64,000 nt of DNA from Hemiscyllium ocellatum (Eukaryota), in assembly GCF_020745735.1 (NCBI RefSeq), contig NC_083448.1, positions 12,398,006 through 12,462,005 on the forward strand, given 5' to 3'. How positions within the stretch are numbered: the stretch's first letter is position 1; each line of letters starts with the position of its first letter. Positions 60,115 through 64,000 of the stretch are shown here, one piece after another. The notes beneath the pieces are model-generated. The model searched no databases. It was given only the letters and a program-made list of their open reading frames with translations, and was not told the DNA's origin. A program made the translations under genes and the position numbers.

Positions 60115-60330
60115 TTGGGAGATGCCGGTGTTGGACTGGGGTGTACAAAGTTAAAAATCACACAACGCCAGGTTATAGTCCAACAGGTTTAATTGGAAGC
60201 ACTAGCTTTCGGAGCGATGCTCCTTCATCAGGTGGTTATGGACAACCATCTGACCAAGGAGCAGCGCTCCGAAAGCTAGTGCTTCCAATTAAACCTGTTG
60301 GACTATAGCCTGGCGTTGTGTGATTTTCAC
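60115..60330. mobile_element. Penelope-like fold-back element (family A), young
   Basis: About 84 bp near-perfect inverted arms 60154-60237/60244-60327. Confidence 0.8.
60200..60234 (-). ncRNA. Minimal type I hammerhead ribozyme motif, intact core
   Basis: Minus strand CAC-CUGAUGA-A-GGAGC-AUC-GCUCC-GAA-AGCU-A-GUG: stem I CAC/GUG, 5 bp stem II, palindromic AGCU stem III, CUA cleavage triplet. Confidence 0.75.
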
Positions 60331-60567
60331 CTTTTTTTTTAAAATGTACCCTTCCCCTCTTTCCGTGGGCATTTCGGGCAGTGGCATTGGTTTGCTGTTC
60401 TTGGTTGTGCGCCCGGGCAGAAGTCGGAGCATCACTGCTGGTCCCGGATCAGCGGGAAACTGGTCCAGCTGGAGTCAGGAAGGGGGACGTTGGAGCGGGA
60501 TGCATTGCGCGGACATTAGGGTCTCACCAACCTGCCAGGCGATCCATCCTCCAATTTGAAATTGGGT

Positions 60568-60820
60568 GCTTTGAAAGCTCTGTTCCTTCGTCAGGTTGCT
60601 CGTGGAGAAGGGTCAAAGGACACAGAGTTTATAGCAAAAGATTTTTAAGTTTGTCCACAAGATAAATGCTAGAAATTCTGTGTCCTATGATCCTACTCCA
60701 CGAGCTACCTGACCAATGAGCAGTGCTTCGAAAGTTTGAACTTCCAAATAGACCTGTTGGACTATAACCTGGTGTCGTATGATTTTTAACTTTATCCAAG
60801 ACCGCCACCCTCACGTCATG
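60568..60820. mobile_element. Penelope-like fold-back element (family A), diverged
   Basis: Inverted arms around about 60650; CCTGTTGGACTATAACCTGG tail; degenerate cores. Confidence 0.7.
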
Positions 60821-60971
60821 AAAACAGATACCAGAGTTTTCTGTTACTTTCAGTTGCCAGAATTATTCACGGTGTTTGCTTCCAGGCAAAATAAAAAATG
60901 CATTGCCGTGCTGGTGTCATCGCTTTCATCTCTGTTCCCTCTTGTGCCCCTAATATCCCCTGTCTTATGGA

Positions 60972-61509
60972 CAAAGTTAAACATCACACACCAGGTTGTA
61001 GTCGAACAGGTGCTCCTTCGTCAGCTGGCTAGTGCGGCAGAATCATTGGACACAGTAGTTAGATAAAAGATCAAAGTGTCATACAAATGATGCGATGTAA
61101 TTGAATCATAGATATGTACAGCACGGAAACAGACCCTTCGATCCAACTGATGTATTGAACAAACCGAGATTGCTGTTAAGTCTTTAATCACTTCGATTGA
61201 GTTGCAGGTTTCGATTCATTAACATGTAAGTCCCAGAAGTTATTTCAAGTCACATTTCCGAAATAACCTAAGATTTTATTTAATGCATTAAAGGTGTGAG
61301 GTTAGAATCTGTTTGTATTCCAACCTTGACCAGTTTTATTTCCAAAGTAGGAATTTATAAAATGTCACATGGACTGACTGGCTTAAGATTGTGTGTATTT
61401 TGAACAAAATAGAACGTATCTGTAAATACAAACCTGCAAATGCAAATTCACCCCATAGACTCATATGTGTGTGTGTGTGCGTGCGTGTGAGGGAGTGAGA
61501 GAGTGACTG
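60972..61509 (-). mobile_element. Longer family-A Penelope-like fragment ending in a (GT)/(GA) microsatellite
   Basis: 11 bp TSD TGTCTTATGGA at 60961-60971 and 61510-61520; family-A end with an internal deletion; short CR1 tail at about 61103-61148. Confidence 0.7.
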
Positions 61510-61689
61510 TGTCTTATGGATGGATAATAATCTCTTCAGATCTCCTGACTTCACAGTTGTCATCCTGGGTTCTCTTTTCGATATATTATCCAGTGATCTC
61601 CGCTTCTTTTCTCCATGAAGTTCAGAATGTGCAAGAAAAATTCTGCTCGATGCTGTCATTGACAGCTTTGTCTTAATTTTTAAAACCAT

Positions 61690-62570
61690 AAAACCATTCA
61701 CAAAAGGAACAGGAGTAGGCCCTTTGGTCCCTCTAGTCTGCTGCACCAATCACCAGGATCATAACTGATCTGACACTCCACTTTCCTGCCCTTTCCCGTC
61801 ACCCCTGATACCCCTACTGATCAAGAATTCATCTTAATGTTAAATATAGACTTCTGTGGCACAATGGTAGCGTCCTCACTTTTGAGCCAGGTGACCCAGC
61901 TTCATGTCCTACCAGGTCTAGAACACATATCATAATATCTCTGAACTGGTTGATGAGAAGATGCCAGTACAAGGGTAGCTTTCTATGGCAAGGAATTCTG
62001 AAGATTTGCAACCTTCTGACAGAAGAAATTCTTGCCAAAGCAGTCTTAAATTGACACCCTTTGATTCTGAGACACTGTCCTCTGGTCCTCAACTGTCCCA
62101 CGAAGGAAACTTCCTCTCAACAATTCTCTCCTCAAGCACCTGAAGAATCCGATATGTTTCAATGAGATAACCTCTCATTCTTCTAAATTCAAGTGAGTAG
62201 AGTCGCAGCTAGTTTCACCTTTGCTCATCATACAATTTCTCCAGAACAGGGATCATTCAAATGAGCCTGGCATGAAATATTTTTTCTTAAATTAGGGGAT
62301 GAACCTTACTCACAGTACTCCGTTGTGGTCTCACCCACATCTTGTACAATTGCAGTAATAAAAATCTCTTGAAATAACGGTCAACATTCCATTAATCATC
62401 CTGATTATCTGCTGCCTTTGAATGTTTCCTTTACTATTTCAGGCACAAGTACTCCCAAATCACTTCATGTTGCAGCTTTATGCAGTTTTTCTCCATTAAA
62501 ATAATACTAATATTTTTTGTTGTCCCTGACAAATGAACATTTTCGTCTTTCCCACATTATACTCCAAAGG
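61690..62570 (-). mobile_element. Old CR1 3' fragment containing a tRNA-like SINE head at about 61856-61960
   Basis: RTRGQCLRIKGCQFKT. Confidence 0.6.
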
Positions 62571-62627
62571 ACAATCATCATTCACAGTGAATGGTGCAAT
62601 GTGCAGTGTCAGAGAGCATTGGGGTTG

Positions 62628-63350
62628 AACATAAAACATTACAGTGCAATACAGGCCCTTCAGCCCTCGATGTTGCGCTGAACTGTGGAACCAATCTGAA
62701 GCCCATCTATCCTACACTATTCCATTTTCATCTATAAGTTATCCAATGACCATTTAATGCCCCTAAAGTTAGCGAGTCTACTACTGTTGCAGATAGTGTG
62801 TCCCATGCCCCTGCTACTCTCTGAGTAAAGAAACTATCTCTGACATCTGTCCTATATCCATCACTTGTCAATTTAAAGCTACGTTCCCTCGTGCTAGTTA
62901 TCATCTTCCGAGGAAAAAGGGTCTCACTGTCCACCCTATTTAAACCTCTAATTATTTTGTATGTCTCAATTAAGTCACCTCTCAACCTTCTTCTAACAAA
63001 AACAACCTCAAGTCCCTTAGCCATTCCTTAAAAATTTCCCTCCATACTAGGCAGCATCCTCGTAAATGTCTGAACCCTTTCCAAAGCTTCCACATCCTTC
63101 TGATCGTGGGGTGACCAGAACTGTGCCCTTTACTCCAAGTGCAGTCGCATCAGAGTTTTGTATAGCTGCAGCATGACCTCGTGGCTCCGAAACCCAATCC
63201 CTCTATCAATAAAAGTTAATAACGTATGCCTTCTTAACAATCCTATCAACCAAGGTGGCAACTTTTAGGGATCTATGTACATGGATACTGAGATCTCTCT
63301 ACTCATTGACCAAGAATTTTACCATTAGGCCAGTACTCTCTATTCCTATT
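62628..63350 (-). mobile_element. CR1 3' fragment (same subfamily as 55800-58384)
   Basis: RRRLRGDLIETYKIIRG...FFTQRV. Confidence 0.88.
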
Positions 63351-63479
63351 GCTCCTTCCAATTGGTTGGTGGCCATTCAGCCCCAAAATAAAATGGCAGT
63401 GGAGTAAGACACTTCAGATAGAGCTCATCCATTCTGTCTGTTACCTTTCTTTGTTTCTCTCTCCTTTTCTCTTCTCTTT

Positions 63480-63990
63480 TGGACATTTTTTTTCCTTCTT
63501 TCTTCTCCCGGCCATGGCCTCACGGCCTCAGACTCAGGGCAGACCCAGCGAAGCAACCTCTGGGCTTGGCGTGGTGGTCTCCCAGCTTGGTGTGGCAGCC
63601 TCTTGGCTTGGCAGGGTGACCTCCCATCATGGCATGATGACTGTCTAGCGTGGCGGCTGTCTAGCATAGCAGACTCTGCCTGGCTTGGTGATGTTTCACT
63701 GGTATGTGGCAGTGTCTTGGCCCAGATCTTGACGTCATTCCTTGAAGTGCAGACCCACCATGACTCAGTACTTAAGAAAGGTTTGAAAATTTCAGCTTTA
63801 TTTCTTTATTTTAGACTTAAAACAAAGAAGGTGTACAATAATCCTGCAATGTTTAACTTTTAACTTTGTTCTTAAGATTCAGTACCGAGGTACTTGGACC
63901 TAAGATGGTGCTTTGTGTGGCGGCATTATACACTTTTCACTGTACCGCTGTACTTTGGTATTGAGTGCACATCACAATAAACATCAAAGT
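63480..63990 (+). repeat. Unclassified repeat with LINE-like 3' end
   Basis: Internal short repeats (CTTGG..TGG) and CTTTTCACTGTAC...CACAATAAA terminus. Confidence 0.35.
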
Positions 63991-64000
63991 CAGTTGTCAA

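Noticed and set aside
61336-61749. 137 aa minus-strand ORF
   Set aside because: Spans a CR1 tail, a short unique stretch, a microsatellite and a repeat; no recognisable homology

Overview
Vertebrate nuclear DNA, inferred to be from an elasmobranch (shark) because of HE1-type V-SINEs and shark CR1 LINEs. It holds the TMEM127(-)/CIAO1(+)/SNRNP200(-) block that is also found in human. TMEM127 is partial (first two coding exons) and sits head-to-head with CIAO1, with only 327 bp between the start codons. CIAO1 is complete (7 exons, 337 aa) and SNRNP200/Brr2 is complete (45 exons, 2138 aa). All introns I traced are GT-AG and the reading frames close exactly. Introns are filled with decayed CR1 LINEs and SINEs. 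The most striking non-genic signal is a set of short (160-540 bp) non-coding insertions from at least three sequence families. Most are fold-back elements, and five have 11-17 bp target-site duplications. Each carries a minimal type I hammerhead-ribozyme motif or a remnant of one (CUGANGA-N-stem II-GAA-4 nt palindrome-H) with stems that covary between families. They look like non-autonomous Penelope-like 'hairpin ribozyme' retroelements, and one fully intact motif lies about 430 bp upstream of the SNRNP200 ATG. Repeat boundaries are by-eye estimates and comparisons to human proteins are from memory.
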